Below, in pieces: positions 49,852 to 62,531 of a stretch of DNA of 64,000 nucleotides. Both the position numbers and the translations under genes were made by a program. The DNA comes from Hydrolagus colliei (lineage: Eukaryota), in NCBI GenBank assembly GCA_035084275.1, contig CM068763.1, forward strand, positions 7,874,001 to 7,938,000, written 5' to 3'. The stretch's first letter is position 1. Every line of letters begins with the position of its first letter. The notes under the pieces are model-generated. The model had not been told where the DNA came from, did no database searches, and saw nothing but the letters and a program-made list of their open reading frames with translations.

Positions 49852-50272
49852 GTTAGCCTGAATTAATTGGTAACCCTCTAGGCTGTGAGTCTGAAGGTTG
49901 TGGGTTCAAACCCCATGCTGACTTTCACATCAGTCTGGGCTGACAATCCAATACAGTGCTTGGGGGGGTGAGGAAGTTGGATTATTGTCAGTTCCAATAA
50001 GATGTGAAGATGAGGTCCCATTTGCCCATTCAGATGGACATTAAATATCCTATGGCAACATTTGAAAAGAGTTGTGAGTTTCTCACTGTGTCCTGGCCAA
50101 CAATCCCCCAGGTAAAATTGGTCATACACTTCATGGCTGTTTGTGGCACATTGCTGTCTGCAAATTGGCAGCTGTGCTCACCTACAAAATACACAGTCAC
50201 TACACTTTACAATAACATTCTATGAAGTGCTTTGGACCATCCACCCGAGATGTATCGAATGCAAGGATTGTA
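49852..50272 (+). mobile_element. Old DeuSINE-type (SacSINE1/AmnSINE1-like) element; relatives at about 58920-59290 (+), 39120-39245 (-), 19440-19615 (+)
   Basis: tRNA-like head (gagtctgaaggttgtgggttcaaacccc), then ttcagatggacattaaatatcctatggcaac...gtgtcctggccaac...ggctgtttgtggcacattgctg..caaattggc and an L2-type tail; family name from recalled consensus. Confidence 0.7.
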
Positions 50273-50877
50273 ATTCATGTGGGCCAAATGAAGGGGATGG
50301 TATGCGGAGTGGCATGACTGACTGGCTTTTTTAGGGTTCAAAGGATTGGGGAACTGGACGTGAATAGATCCTCAGTATTCACAGTATTTGGTGGGAGGCG
50401 AGTCAGTTGGGTGTCTGACACATGTGGAAAGCCATCATCATGTTTAAGAGCATGCAAACTGAGAATTCATACTTCCTACCTAAACATGGAAATTCCAGAT
50501 AGATTGTTGGAATGGAATGTGCAGTCTCTCCCTGGAGGGATTCATCCCACTTACATCAGTCCAGAAATTATTAGGAGCTCATTGGCAAGAGCTAAGGCTT
50601 GGGGAATCCTATTGGTAACTGCTAGAATCTAACCAGCTAAAACCACATAGTTTGACATTGAGAGCATTGTCTGGCAAGCTTTCCTGCTGTACGTACAGCT
50701 AGGGTCAGCATACCCATTAGGTCATTCACTTGACCAGGAATAACAGGAGCTGAGTGGGAGAATTCCCTGCCCGCAGTGACTGATCCACCCTTTCAGGTCC
50801 TGCTGATGAGGCAGGTTGGCTGTGCTGTCATCAGCAATGCCATGGAATATTGTGAACCCAACCTGGCTCAGGAACCT

Positions 50878-50942
50878 GCGCCTTGGGACGTCCTCCCGAC
50901 GTGAAAGGCGCTCTATAAGTGTAATTTGTTGTTGTTGTTGTT
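50878..50942 (+). mobile_element. Ultra-short L2 3' terminus inserted into an older repeat
   Basis: GCGCCTTGGGACGTCCTCCCGACGTGAAAGGCGC plus (TTG)n; possible GAACC target duplication (50872-76 and 50943-47). Confidence 0.88.
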
Positions 50943-51463
50943 GAACCGACCACCGAGACCACCACAGAGGGCTGGCTCAGCTCTGACATTCCGTTGCCAA
51001 ATGTGTCAGAGCCAGCTCAGCTTCAAGGAGACCCCATTTACCCTCCTCCCCACCCCTGGAGGAGGATAGTCAATAGTTTGTTCGATATATGAGAAGTCTG
51101 AGATTGAGTCCCTCACAAGGTGGATGTTGGGTATCTGGAACTCCCTGTGAATATCTGGGACACTACTATGCTAGAGGATTACTATATAAATGTAAGTTAT
51201 TGTTGTTTCTGTACATGGATTGCTGACCAAACCAACGTCCCTGCCAAGAGCTATCGATGCCTCTTGGCAGAGCTGTAAAGACTTCAGGAGTTAAACATTC
51301 ACTTTGCCGGTTACTTTAACACACACACACACACACACACATACATACGGGACAATTTCCAATTTTTCCCACTAGAAACATAGAAGGCATGTTGAGCCTC
51401 TAGATCTCTCCAGTAGAATCTCCCCCCTCCCACCCCCCCACTCCACAAGGAGGAGATCCCTCC

Positions 51464-52522
51464 TCACTTCTCCTTGCGGCTGAGTTTGCGTTTGATTCTG
51501 TTCCGCATATAAATGGCCGTGGTGATGCTGGAGGTGATGATGAAGGTGCAGCCGATGAGCATGGCACAAGTGGTGTGGTGATGCCACGCCTGGTACAGGT
51601 GCCGGCGCCGTGTGTAGTCCAGGTGCACGGCCTCCAGTTGGGCGAGCGTGCAGAAAACCATGAATAGGTGAAAGATCTGATGTCCCTGCAGGAAGATGTC
51701 GCACTTTCCCGGCAGCCACTTCTCCGGGTGTGGGCAGGAGAAGAAGTGAGCGCACACCAGGAAGCAGAGGACCTGGCAACGGTGGTAAGGCACGGCCGGG
51801 TCGGTGCAGCTGCTCGAGTGGCAGCTGTAGATGCGGTGGAGCACGGGGCTGATGTCCAGCAGGTAGGCCAGCCCGGCGGGCACCACCTGGTATAGCTTAC
51901 GTGCCCACGGCTTCAGCACCTGAGCGTTGGACTTGGCGTAGCAGCAGCCGATACAGGACATCCAAGCCAGGAGCGTGGCCACCGGGAGGAAGAAAGAGCT
52001 GACGAAATGGTACCACTCCTCCTGAATGCTGTAGTAATAATGGACCAGGGCGCTGCTGTACTGATAGATAGCGACACCCACATAATCCAGGAAGAAGAAG
52101 GAGTAGTGCGCGAGCTCGGAGCGGGCTTGCAGCAGGTGAGCTAAGGCACTGCAGCTCAGGTAGTTGAAGGAGGCCAGGATCAGGATCAGGAAGGGCCAGG
52201 CGTGGCGATCCGAGAGGAAATCCACCGTCTTGGCGAACTCCTGCAGTTTGATCAGGACCACCAGGGCGGCAATCAGGTGCGACCACACGTTGACCGCCTC
52301 GTTATGCCGCTGGAACAGAGTCAGGAAATAATAGCGCCAGCTGTGGTGAACCGGCCGGTACCCGGAGTGGATGTAAGGCTCCCGGAATATGCGCGGCACC
52401 TCGTGGTCCCGCACCGTGGCCGGCAGGCAGGGGACGCTCTGCTCCAGGAGGCTCGGCAACTGCCGGATCTGCTGGATGTTGATGAAGAGGCGGCTAATCT
52501 GCTCCATCACCACAGTGGCCAT
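51464..52522 (-). CDS. PAQR7: Membrane progestin receptor alpha (PAQR7), single coding exon, 352 aa
   Basis: N-terminus MATVVMEQISRLFIN like fish mPR-alpha; PAQR motifs HNEAVNVWSH, SALAH..FFLDY, PEKWLPGKCD, GHQIFH; multiple hydrophobic helices; acceptor ccccctag| just upstream (exon starts at 52540). Confidence 0.93.
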   Translation of the reverse strand: MATVVMEQISRLFINIQQIRQLPSLLEQSVPCLPATVRDHEVPRIFREPYIHSGYRPVHHSWRYYFLTLFQRHNEAVNVWSHLIAALVVLIKLQEFAKTVDFLSDRHAWPFLILILASFNYLSCSALAHLLQARSELAHYSFFFLDYVGVAIYQYSSALVHYYYSIQEEWYHFVSSFFLPVATLLAWMSCIGCCYAKSNAQVLKPWARKLYQVVPAGLAYLLDISPVLHRIYSCHSSSCTDPAVPYHRCQVLCFLVCAHFFSCPHPEKWLPGKCDIFLQGHQIFHLFMVFCTLAQLEAVHLDYTRRRHLYQAWHHHTTCAMLIGCTFIITSSITTAIYMRNRIKRKLSRKEK

Positions 52523-52937
52523 GGCAACGCAGGGAGGACTCTAGGGGGGAACGGAGAGGAAACCCAGAGAGTATTAACCACGGTGCAATTCCAAAGTTCC
52601 ATTACTCTTCCGTAATAATACCCCCAACAATAATAACGGTAATGGCAATTTCATCGGCATCACTTTAAGCATTTTTATTGGAATGTACAATTTTAGGCTA
52701 ATTTTACAGAATGTTATTTGATAGTTAAAGACATTCTATTATTAAAATTAATTGTTAGATTACTGCTCTCATATTATTTCAATCCTCCTTGAAATAATCC
52801 TCCTTGAGGTTTGAAACAAATACATGTAGCATTGCTTCCTCTGGTAGAAATCTGCTTTTAACATTTCTGGATATGGGATAAAAGTCCCACTTTTGAGTTC
52901 AGTTCCCACCAGTGACTAAACGTCCTTTGGGTGACAT

Positions 52938-53720
52938 CAACAACAACAACAAAATTCCCATTTGTATAGCGCCTTTCAGGTCAGGAGGATGACCAAAAGC
53001 GTTGGACAATCAGTGTCTCAGACCTGAGCTGGGGGTCGGGGAGAGTGGAGGACAGGGGGAAAGAGGGTAATCAAAGGCATGGTCGAAGAGGAGGGTCTGA
53101 AGGTGGAACGTCAAGGAGGGTGAGAGGTGGAGGGACCCTGGGATAGAACTCGAGAGGGTGGGGGCTGAGAGGCCGAAAGCCTGCCCGCCCGCCAAAGGGG
53201 ATGTGAAGGTCGGTTCCCACAGAATGGGGGATGTGGGCAGGTTGGTGAGAAGGTTAGAAGGTTGCAAAGAGGTAGACGGGTGCAATGCTCTGAAGGGCGA
53301 TGATTCCAGGCTGCAATCACTGTCTCCTTTTTCCCACCAGTTTATCTCTGATTTTAAAGTCATGTTCTCTTGTTCCAGATTCCCTTCCAAGAGTGAACAT
53401 ATCTCTTATTTACACAAATATAGTCACAACGTGCACACACACACTACACACACACTCTTTCTTTGCATAACAACATTCAACACCTGAGCACAGATCCCAG
53501 AACTAGATCCACAATCACATTACTTGTCCTTGGAACCTCTGTTCCCCGCTTTCAGCCACTACACCCTGAAACTCTGGAAGGAACATGCTTTCTCTGTCAC
53601 TCAGCCTTGCCCCCACCTTCAGGTCACACCTGAAGACCTTCCTCTTTGACCTGACACACACAAGAACTGTGGAGTGCTCTGGAGACACTTGCCCTCCATA
53701 AAAATGCAAGTTCTTGTTGT
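52938..53720. mobile_element. L2 3' fragments (- strand 52938-53320; + strand 53520-53720)
   Basis: L2 3' motifs with (CAA)n/(TTG)n tails. Confidence 0.75.
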
Positions 53721-55599
53721 TACTTCTGCCGAAATCAAATGATTAATTTAAGAAAAGCTTCTCTTTTAGCGGCTAATTCTCAGAGACAAAGCTGTGTCTC
53801 TGATCTGGAGGGGGGGGGGGGGGGGGGGGTCTGGGGGCTGTGGGGAAATGTACTCGCCGAGGTACAGCAGAAAGAATAAGAAACTCATTCCTAGGGGACC
53901 CACCACATCCTCAGTTAATCTTTAACATCAATTTATTCTGCATCACCGCACCGAGGCTCAAGGCTCAGAGTAAGGCTCTGCCGTGCCGTGCTGGATGGAG
54001 CCACAGGCTTCCTGCCTCCCTTACTTCAGGCCATTTACAACTAGAACTCACCCACCCGCTCATTCACTCACTCCCCTCCGTCTCGGTAGTTGACAAAGGC
54101 AAACATACCATAAAAAGGTTGTATCGCTCATCGCATTTCAGGTCTTAATTGGCTTCCTACTCGGGTGATTTAACAACTGTATCAGGTTGGGGAGTGGGGG
54201 GGGGGGGGGGGGGGGGGCAGGTCATTAGACTCATTTAAAAAGTAGCTGGGTGCCGGGGTCTGTGTGGGGAAGTGGACTGATGGGAGCCTCATTCACACTA
54301 ATCTTGGGCTGAATTCCGGTTGAAAAGAGCAGGATTCTCTCTCTGCCCCATTCACCCACCCACCCACCCACCCACCCACTCACACACACACCTTCGGTTA
54401 CTTCTTACACCCCAGTCACCGCGCCCTGAACCCCACCCTCCCCTATAACCCAAGGCCACACTAATAAACTCTAGGATTTTAAATAAAACACACAATAGCT
54501 CATCCCCGCCTCCAACACGGTCTGAAAAATGCAGTATCTGAAAGCTCAAGGGGTCGTCACTGAATGGTGCCTTGACAAGAGTAGCTTGTGAGAAAAGGGC
54601 GCGGGCACGTAATAGTGAACACACACACACACACTCATTTACACACACACACACACACTCGTATCCTCGCCAGTCAAACTTTCACGTAGCTCAACAAGTC
54701 GGGGTTGAGTTACGTGCCCTGATCAAAAGATTGTTTAGGCGACTGACTAAACTTTGCGGTGTATGTGAAACTCACAGAGAGGAGGGAGGAAGTGGGGCCA
54801 GTGACAGGGAGACAGGGAGGGAGAGAGAGAGAGATAGAGAGAGAGTTCCTTGGAAAAAAACATGAGTCAAGGCTGGAGAGAGGAGATTGTGTAACGAACC
54901 GGAGACGCGACATTGTCTCCCGATTTTAGAGGAAGGTTCAGAGGAGAATGGGATCGGTCGGGACTGTGCTGGGTGGACAGTTGGGGGGTGGAAATGAGGG
55001 AAGTTCTTAAGATGGGAGAGTGCGAGTGAGAGGATGGAGACAGGGGAAGGAAACCACTGATCGGACCGAGTGAGTTGGAGGCGGATGAGCATGTCTAAGA
55101 CTGGACACTTGAGGAATACAGAATTTATTTCAAACATGTCAGCGGAAAGGAATGTTTGGCTGAGTGACCGCTTGTTTCATAACATTCAACCCGCAAAACC
55201 AGTCACTCGGGGTGTGAGCCCCGCCAACCCCTGGCCCCACAAACAGCTAAATAAATGGTACACAGCCCACAAAATAGCCCACGGCTGTACATCTCTCACG
55301 TCGCAGCTCCGGCCAGTCTCTTTCTCTCTCTCAGTGTCTCTGTCTCTATCTCTCCATCTATTATCCCCTTGGAGATGGCAAAACAAACCCGTGCCAGGAA
55401 TTCGGCATCCACTGTCACCGGGAACTCCGCGGGCGGTTGGTCTGACAATGTCACCGACCGACTGACAGCAGATTTCATCCTATTTCTCGCTGATCACGGT
55501 TCATATAAAAACACGGTCACTCACTGACTGACTGACTGACCCGGTTTACGATGCTCCTGAACCGTCACTTTTCCAACAATCACCCCCCCCCCCCCCCCC

Positions 55600-56215
55600 C
55601 CCCCCCACCCTGCCACCCCACCCACCCCTCCCCGCCGCACCCCACCCCGGGCAACAAGTAACGAGTTGGCGGTACCTACCGCCCGCACAGCAACCGCACA
55701 GCAAGCAAGTTTCATTCACTTGAAAGGAAACCACGAGTTTTCAGGCTGGGTGGGAATCACAGCCAGTCCGCCCGCTGCAATAAATAAGAACGGATCAGCC
55801 TTGATGTACTCCGGGATCTGTGTGTGTGTGTGTGTGTGCGCGCGCGTTTCCCAAATATAAGGGTGATGGCGGCTGGACAGGCTCCCGTGCCGGTTGGTTA
55901 GCGGTGGTTAGGCTGCACTTTCTTCTATTTTCCGTGAGTAATAAACATGAGGCTCTGTGCTTAGGGTGGAGCCCTCTCCCTCTCTCACACACACACTGAC
56001 TGATATACAAGCCGAGCCCTGTCAGCTCCGCGCGGTTACATTGTATCTCACAGCGGATACATTGCATTCTAAACCGCCGCCTGTCAATCACAGCGCGTGG
56101 CGTTCCCCCCTCCGCCAATTAGCGTGCCGCTCCACAGAACCACGTGGGACTAACTGTATCCAAATGACAGGAGGGGGCGGGGCCTGGGCGGGGCCTGGCC
56201 GGTGCCAAGCGCGGT
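55600..56215 (-). promoter_or_regulatory. PAQR7: Probable PAQR7 promoter and non-coding first exon (donor GCG|gtaggt at 55679)
   Basis: CpG-enriched; tandem GGGCGGGG boxes at about 56173-56195; CCAAT at about 56115; minus-strand donor. Confidence 0.5.
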
Positions 56216-56262
56216 GTGTGTGTGAGAGACTGCTGTGTGTGTGTATGTGTGTGAGAGACTGA

Positions 56263-56293
<31 letters not shown>

Positions 56294-56462
56294 CTGATGT
56301 GTGTGTGTGTGAGAGAGACTGATGTGTGTGTGAGAGACTGATGTGTGTGTGTGTGTGAGAGACTGATGTGTGTGTGTGTGAGAGAGACTGATGTGTGTGT
56401 GTGTGTGTGAGAGACTGATGTGTGTGTGTGTGTGTGAGAGACTGATGTGTGTCTGTGTGTGT
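56214..56462. repeat. Compound microsatellite [(TG)n(AG)nACTGA]
   Basis: About 9-10 units with variable TG number. Confidence 0.95.
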
Positions 56463-56844
56463 TGGGGGTGGCAGCCGGTGACCGGTACCGCGGTGGTGGG
56501 GGGGCGGGGTGGGGGTGGTAGCTTGTCAATGCTGCCAGTCCCCTCTCTGTACGTGGGGGAGCCATTCACTTCCCAGTCAATGAATCGCACTGACAAGCAC
56601 TTACAGTTGTTTGCACTCAGACCGCCAATAACATTCACAGTGAAACAAACACTGATCAGGATCTGGGCGTTGGGAGACAGCAAAATTGGTTGTTATAGCT
56701 AACGGCAACAGAGTAGGAGGCTTTGGTTCACCTTTACCCAGTAAATTTCAGTCCACAAGTCAGTGAATATAGTCATCGGAAAGTACCATAGTAAAATTCT
56801 GAATAAGATCAGGCAGTTCCATGTAGATGCGGAAGATTGTTAAT

Positions 56845-57147
56845 GATAATAAGCCATGTATTTGAAAAAGCGCTTATCACATCTTCAGGATCTAGATGAC
56901 TGAAAACAGCTATACAGATATACAGATCGTAAAATGAATTGACTGTATATTTGTGGGTGAAACGCTGCAGCCAAGTTGCACACAGCAGCGCTCCACGAGC
57001 ACTCGTGGATTGAAATGATCAAATTATGATTGTGTGTTTTGAGGGATAATTATTAGGCGTTTGGAGTAAAGAAACTTGCACAAGGTATCTCCCTGTCTGG
57101 AATTGAACCCAGGTCTCTCGCTTGCAAGGCGAGTGCTCTAACCACTG
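56845..57147 (-). mobile_element. tRNA-derived SINE
   Basis: Family body and head (anticodon-like loop TTGCAAG). Confidence 0.85.
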
Positions 57148-57299
57148 GACACCACTACTTCATTCATTATTAACTTGAAAAACAGTGACAGAACTCACTC
57201 GCTATGAAAAGGGTGTTTGAAATTTAAAAACAGATCGACTTTATGGTCTTCAAATTTTTACCGCTCTAAATCTCCACATTGGAATTTTACTTATTAATC

Positions 57300-58592
57300 C
57301 CTCTGGTGACATCATCTGTAGACATGGGGTCAACTTCCACATACACCTGGATAGATACCTAACTCTATATCTGTGCCTCCGCCCTCAACCCCACAACTAT
57401 TGGCATCCAACAACAACAACAACAACAACAATAATTTACATTTATAGAGAGCCTTTCACGTCGGGAGGACATCCCAAGGCGGATTGCCTGTCAGGCATCA
57501 AGGTGTAGATGAGAGACAACGTTCTACCATTGAACATCAACAAGACCGAGGCCCTCCTCATTGGCTAATCCCAGCACCTCAGGTACTGGCAGCATTGCAT
57601 CAATATTAATGATAATAATACTTGCATTTGATATAGCGCTCTTCATGTCTTCATGGCAGTACTGTATTTTTGTGGACTGAAAGTGGCAGCCAATTATGCA
57701 CAGCAGTGTCCCACAAACATTTAATATATCCATAGATGCACACTCAACCTCACCAAGCCAGTCAGGAACCTAGGCATCTTGTTCAACCATCCTTTCAGCC
57801 CCACATCTGTGTCGTGACCCTCTCTGCCTTCCCCCACCTGACCAACATTGCCTAACTCTGCCACCACCTCACCCCTCAGGCCACTGAAACCCTCATAAAT
57901 GCCTTGAATATGCCATGTTTGTCAGCCTTTGCAACTCTTCCCTCCATAAGCTGCAAATCATCCAGAACTCTGAAGCTCATGTCCTTTCCCACGCTACTGG
58001 CTCCCCATTCCTCGGAGGATTAAGTTAAAAATTCTTGCCTTCACCTTTAAGGACCTCCAGTACCTGGCCCGCAATTACTTACGGACCCAGCAACCCCTTA
58101 TCAACTGTTCACTCTTTCCACTCTGCAGTCTCTAGCCTGCTCCATTTTCCCCATCCTGCCCACCCCACCATCGGGCGGATGGGCTTTCAGTCAAGATCCA
58201 CTTCCTCACTTTGAAAGTGATGGTCTTGGTCCTCCCTACCTCTGCAACCGACCAAACCCTTAGCGACCCTACCACTCTCTCCGCTCCACAGGCACTGGCG
58301 GGCTCCATGAGCCCTGCCCTGCACCAGGAGCAATCGGGCCTTCATCCTTTCTGTTCCCACCCTCTGGAACTCCATCCTAGAGCTTCTCCTTTCCTGCATC
58401 CATAACCTCATGACAAGACTTCCTGTTTGACCATGCTTTCAGTCATTCTCCAACCTCGACCCCGCTTGCTTTCCACCCCTCTCAATTCCAACCCCCTCCC
58501 CCACCATCTCGGTTGCAAAGCCTCCACTGTTCAGCACCTTGGCAGGCTCTGCTGACATGGAACAGCGCTATCTGAACGCAATTTGTTGTTGT
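57300..58592 (+). mobile_element. Degraded L2 (RT to 3' end) with a nested L2 tail (about 57409-57480) and SINE piece (about 57605-57720)
   Basis: ggggtcaacttccac, aagaccgaggccctcctcattggct and ctctggaactccatcc, colinear with the intact L2 copies. Confidence 0.8.
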
Positions 58593-59555
58593 TCTACACA
58601 TCAAGATTCCTGCCAAACCGGTGCAGATACCATGACAATGTACTCAACACTCCTTGAAAACATTTTCTAACATAAAACAATTCAAGCAGAACCTGTTCTT
58701 CCTTCCTGAATCACAGCAACATCATAATGTTCCTAATACAAAAACAATGAAAATGAGCATTGCCAGAGGCCAAGCAAAGCATTCAGCACAACAGCACAAC
58801 CAGATCCGTGGCTGAAAGATATATGGGAACCGATGTCTGGCTCCACCTAGGAGTTACCACATGAATTTGTCGAACCTTCAAAAGAGCAAATCTATTTCTG
58901 AAACCCTTTATGTTCTATGTGTCAGCTTGGCTCAGTTCCTTTGCACTCTTACCTCCGAATCAGAGCGTTTGGGGCTTGGAAATCTAATCTAAGATAACTC
59001 CATTGCAGTGGGTGAGGTATGCAGTAATGCCGGAGATGTTGAGATCCTGTCGGCCTGTTCAAGCAGATGTTAGTGACCCCCGTGTCAATAATTGAAAAGA
59101 GAAGGGAATTTCTTCTCTGTCTCCTGGCCAACAATCGTCCAATAAAACCAGTCATTCACGATTTGTCTGTTTGTGGAACATTGCTGTGTGGAAATTGGCT
59201 GCCGTGTTTACCTACAAAATGTAGTGAAACCTGGGAAGTGCTTTGAAACAGATGTTTTCCCAAACTGAAAAGTGCTATCCTTATTTATTGTTAGGTTCTT
59301 CTAGACATTTAAAACTGATAGAACCGAGTCTTGGATCTGTTCTAGATTCTGTTACAGGGATTGGAATTTGAATTGGGGCTGTCCAAACATGTTTTATTCT
59401 AAATAGCTGAGAGAAAAGGGAATTTCTGTCTGGATTGATTCAAAGCCAGAAGTGAAAGAACAATGCACTGTTTCACTAACTGCATCACGCACTACCCGCA
59501 TATATATGTGTGGATCTTTGTTTCTCTGTTTTGCATTGTAAAAAATATAATGTTT

Positions 59556-59865
59556 GTGGAGTCCTGTAGCTCAGTGGTTAGAGCACTTGCCTTACAAGCG
59601 GGAGACCTGGGTTCAATTCCAGGCAGGGCGAAACCTTGGGCAAGTCTCCTTACTCCACAAGCCTAATAATAAGCCCTAAAAAAAAGAGCAATAATAAATT
59701 GGTCATTTCAATCTGTGAGTGTTTGTGGGACACAGCGATTGGCTGCTGCGTTTCGCCCATATATGTACAGCCAATTCACTTTACAGTACATTCTGTGAAG
59801 CTTTTTGAGACATCTAGAAGATGTGAAAAGTACTGTATCAAATGCGAGGATTATTATTTACTATT
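59556..59865 (+). mobile_element. tRNA-derived SINE, full length
   Basis: GTAGCTCAGTGGTTAGAGCACTTGCCTTACAAGCGGGAGACCTGGGTTCAATTCC head, body and (TTA)n tail. Confidence 0.9.
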
Positions 59866-62268
59866 ATTTTATTTGACTTATACATAAGCTATCTTGAGAT
59901 ATAGATGTCATTGAACTTCAGCAGGTCTCTAGCACTTAATCTGCTCACTGTATTGTTGACAGTGACACATTCTGAGTGCTTTATTGTCCTGTGTAAATAA
60001 TGCATATTAAATAGCTTGCCTGTTTCATTGGTCTCTTAATAAAATCTGTAGCACATAATACAAGCTAACCAAGTGTGCACTACAGATTTTCCTGGCTACA
60101 GAAAAAAATTGACACTTATCAGGATGTCAATTTAAAGTTGTAACTTGGTCTCAGGATGAGGGCTATAAACTATTTGTTTGTTCCTAATGCAATCTTCACC
60201 AATAGAATATAAACAAAAGCTCATTTTGAAAATTTGTTCGAGAGAATTGTCATTCCAGGCGAGAGGATTAGTACATATCTGAATCATGCAGGATTCCACG
60301 TTACCAGTTACAAACGCTCGCCTTGTGTCAAAGCCTGACTCAGCCACATTTCTTGGCAACTTTACTCCTGTGCTTATCAGGACTGAATTGTGCTATGTTT
60401 CTGGTTTGTGTGTGACTGTGAAGGAAGCAGAAGCAGTGACAAAGGAACCGAAGTTTAACTCTGGAATAATTTAACAGCCGATATTCAGGTTGTTGCTTGT
60501 CCCTTTGCTCTTCTCTCCAACAGCAACATCCAGTCAGTTGGGCTCTGGTCCACTTGTATTTTATATGATGTAAATCTCCGGGAATTGGGCAAAAGGAATA
60601 TTCATAGGGCAATCAGATTACAATCACAGCTAGTGACATCCCTACCAGTTATACTTTAAATTAGTTTTTATTGAGTTTGTGCTTGTTAATATGAGAGATG
60701 TTAAGTGCTGTGCGATGCCTTCTATATCAATCAAACGGTTTGTTGCTATGAACTATATGCAACCTTTGCCCACTACCAAGGTGCCACACATTAGTCGTAG
60801 CAGAGGTTGTTGCAAAGCAGAGGTAGGTAAATCCCTCTAAGTATGAATCTGAATTCAGCCAGAGACATGTCTCCTCCTGTAAAAGTACAACAATATGCAC
60901 TTCGCACACCAACTCACTGGGATCTGTCTTGGGACGTTGCCAATTCAGCAATATTAAGAAATCTTAATGCTGTGGCCAAGTAGGAGCTGGTAGGAGACTG
61001 TCCCAAATACACTGTCCAAACTTGTTTCGCCCACAAAAATACAGTCAATTTTCCTACTCTTTTCCGTCCTGCCTCGACACCTCCCCACCTTGCTCTTGTC
61101 CCTACCTGACTTACAGTGTCCTGAAAGGCGCTATATAAATGTAAGTTTTGATTGATTGACTGATTGTTTCATTCCAACAAAGCGAAGAGATATGGTGATT
61201 TCTGGCTGCATTGGATCAAACTCAGAAGTGAAAGACATTGTACTATTTCACACTGCATCATACATTATCCCTATACACAATATATACAGTATATATAGTA
61301 TAATGTAACTTTGTTTGCTTTGCATTGTAAAGAATAGAATGTCTGACATAGATGCATAATTTATCATGTGGTGCAGATGTCATTGAACTTCAGTAGATTT
61401 ATAGCATCTAATCTACTGTATTGAATTGTCAACAGTAATACATTCTGAGTACTTTACTATCCTGTAGAAGATAATGTAGACTAGATTACCCGATTCATTG
61501 GTTTCTCAATAAAATCTAGAGTACATAACACAACCTAATCAAGCACTACCCTCCAAAAATATGTTCTACCCTTTACCCTCCCTGCTCTTCAGATCCCAAC
61601 GCCCCTGGCTCAGGTCCAAATCCCTGGCTGTCCAGTGCTCAGGAAGTCCTTCTAATGTGGAAGGCACTATAACAATGTAATTTGTTGTGGATATCAAGAT
61701 GCTAATAGTTTGTTAGAAGCAAGATTTTTTCCCCTCAGCAGTTTGTTTGGATTCACACTTGAGATTCAGAATCAAAAAGCCATTTTTGAAACTAAGATAA
61801 AAATGTCAATGGGACACTGTAGTGACTGCTGTGGTATAATTGTACTTCAACAAAAAATTTAATTTGTACAGCACCTTTCACGTCAGGAGCACTTCTCAAG
61901 GCACTCAGACTTTAACAGCAACATGGTAGAGGGACTGTGGAATCTCTTTAGCTAGCAGTTGCTTTTCACTCACCCAAACATTTAGTCACGAAAGGGCAAA
62001 TCATAACGTGACATTAAAAGGCAGATCTGGGATAACAGAAAGAACCTGAAGCTGGGCAATGTTTGCTTCTGCTCTATTGGAATGTTTGGGGGAAATCTTA
62101 AACATTAAAGAGATGGGAAGGAGAGGTGTGCAGGAGGCTAGATAGAGAGGAAAATTCCCTCTGCCCTGTCCTATCCACCATACATATTGCAGGTCAGTTG
62201 CGCAGGTTAGATATTACTTTTGTCCTTTATCTTGTGGTTACCTATTAGGTCTTTTGTGTAATATAATA

Positions 62269-62394
62269 CAGTAAAAGCCCGTTTATCTGGCACCCTCGGA
62301 ACTAAATTCCGGTTAATGGAATGAGGACTTTTTTGAGGTGCCAGTTACATGGAAGTTACAGTTAATCAGGTCATGGATAAATGGGCTTTTACTG
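62269..62394. mobile_element. Second MITE copy (126 bp, internally deleted, opposite orientation)
   Basis: TA|CAGTAAAAGCCCGTTTATC...GGATAAATGGGCTTTTACTG|TA; internal part is the reverse complement of about 31920-31960. Confidence 0.85.
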
Positions 62395-62531
62395 TAATCA
62401 TCTTGCATTTGATACAGCATCTTATCATATTGAAACACCTCAAAGCGTTTCTGATTAACTGTAACTTCCATGTAAATTGAATTGACTTTTGGCAAAATAC
62501 AGCAACCAATTGAGGTGTCCCACAAATAATA

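Noticed and set aside
51241-51270. 10-bp stem hairpin CTGCCAAGAG...CTCTTGGCAG in the PAQR7 3'UTR
   Set aside because: Matches no known RNA element I recognise (not SECIS, IRE or histone stem-loop) and is short enough to be chance
55849-55863. CArG-like box CCAAATATAAGG near the PAQR7 promoter
   Set aside because: Has 8 A/T bases between CC and GG, not the required 6
56214-56462. Repeat-spacer-like array resembling CRISPR; His/Thr-rich ORFs 56119-56683
   Set aside because: The 'spacers' are only (TG)n of variable length; it is a compound microsatellite in vertebrate DNA with no cas genes
59556-59630. Apparent tRNA-Val/Ala genes at SINE heads
   Set aside because: No proper acceptor stem or terminator; each runs directly into the SINE body and is repeated many times
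60132-60612. Short ORFs considered as exons of STMN1, AUNIP or MTFR1L (human neighbours of PAQR7)
   Set aside because: No recognisable similarity or convincing splice sites
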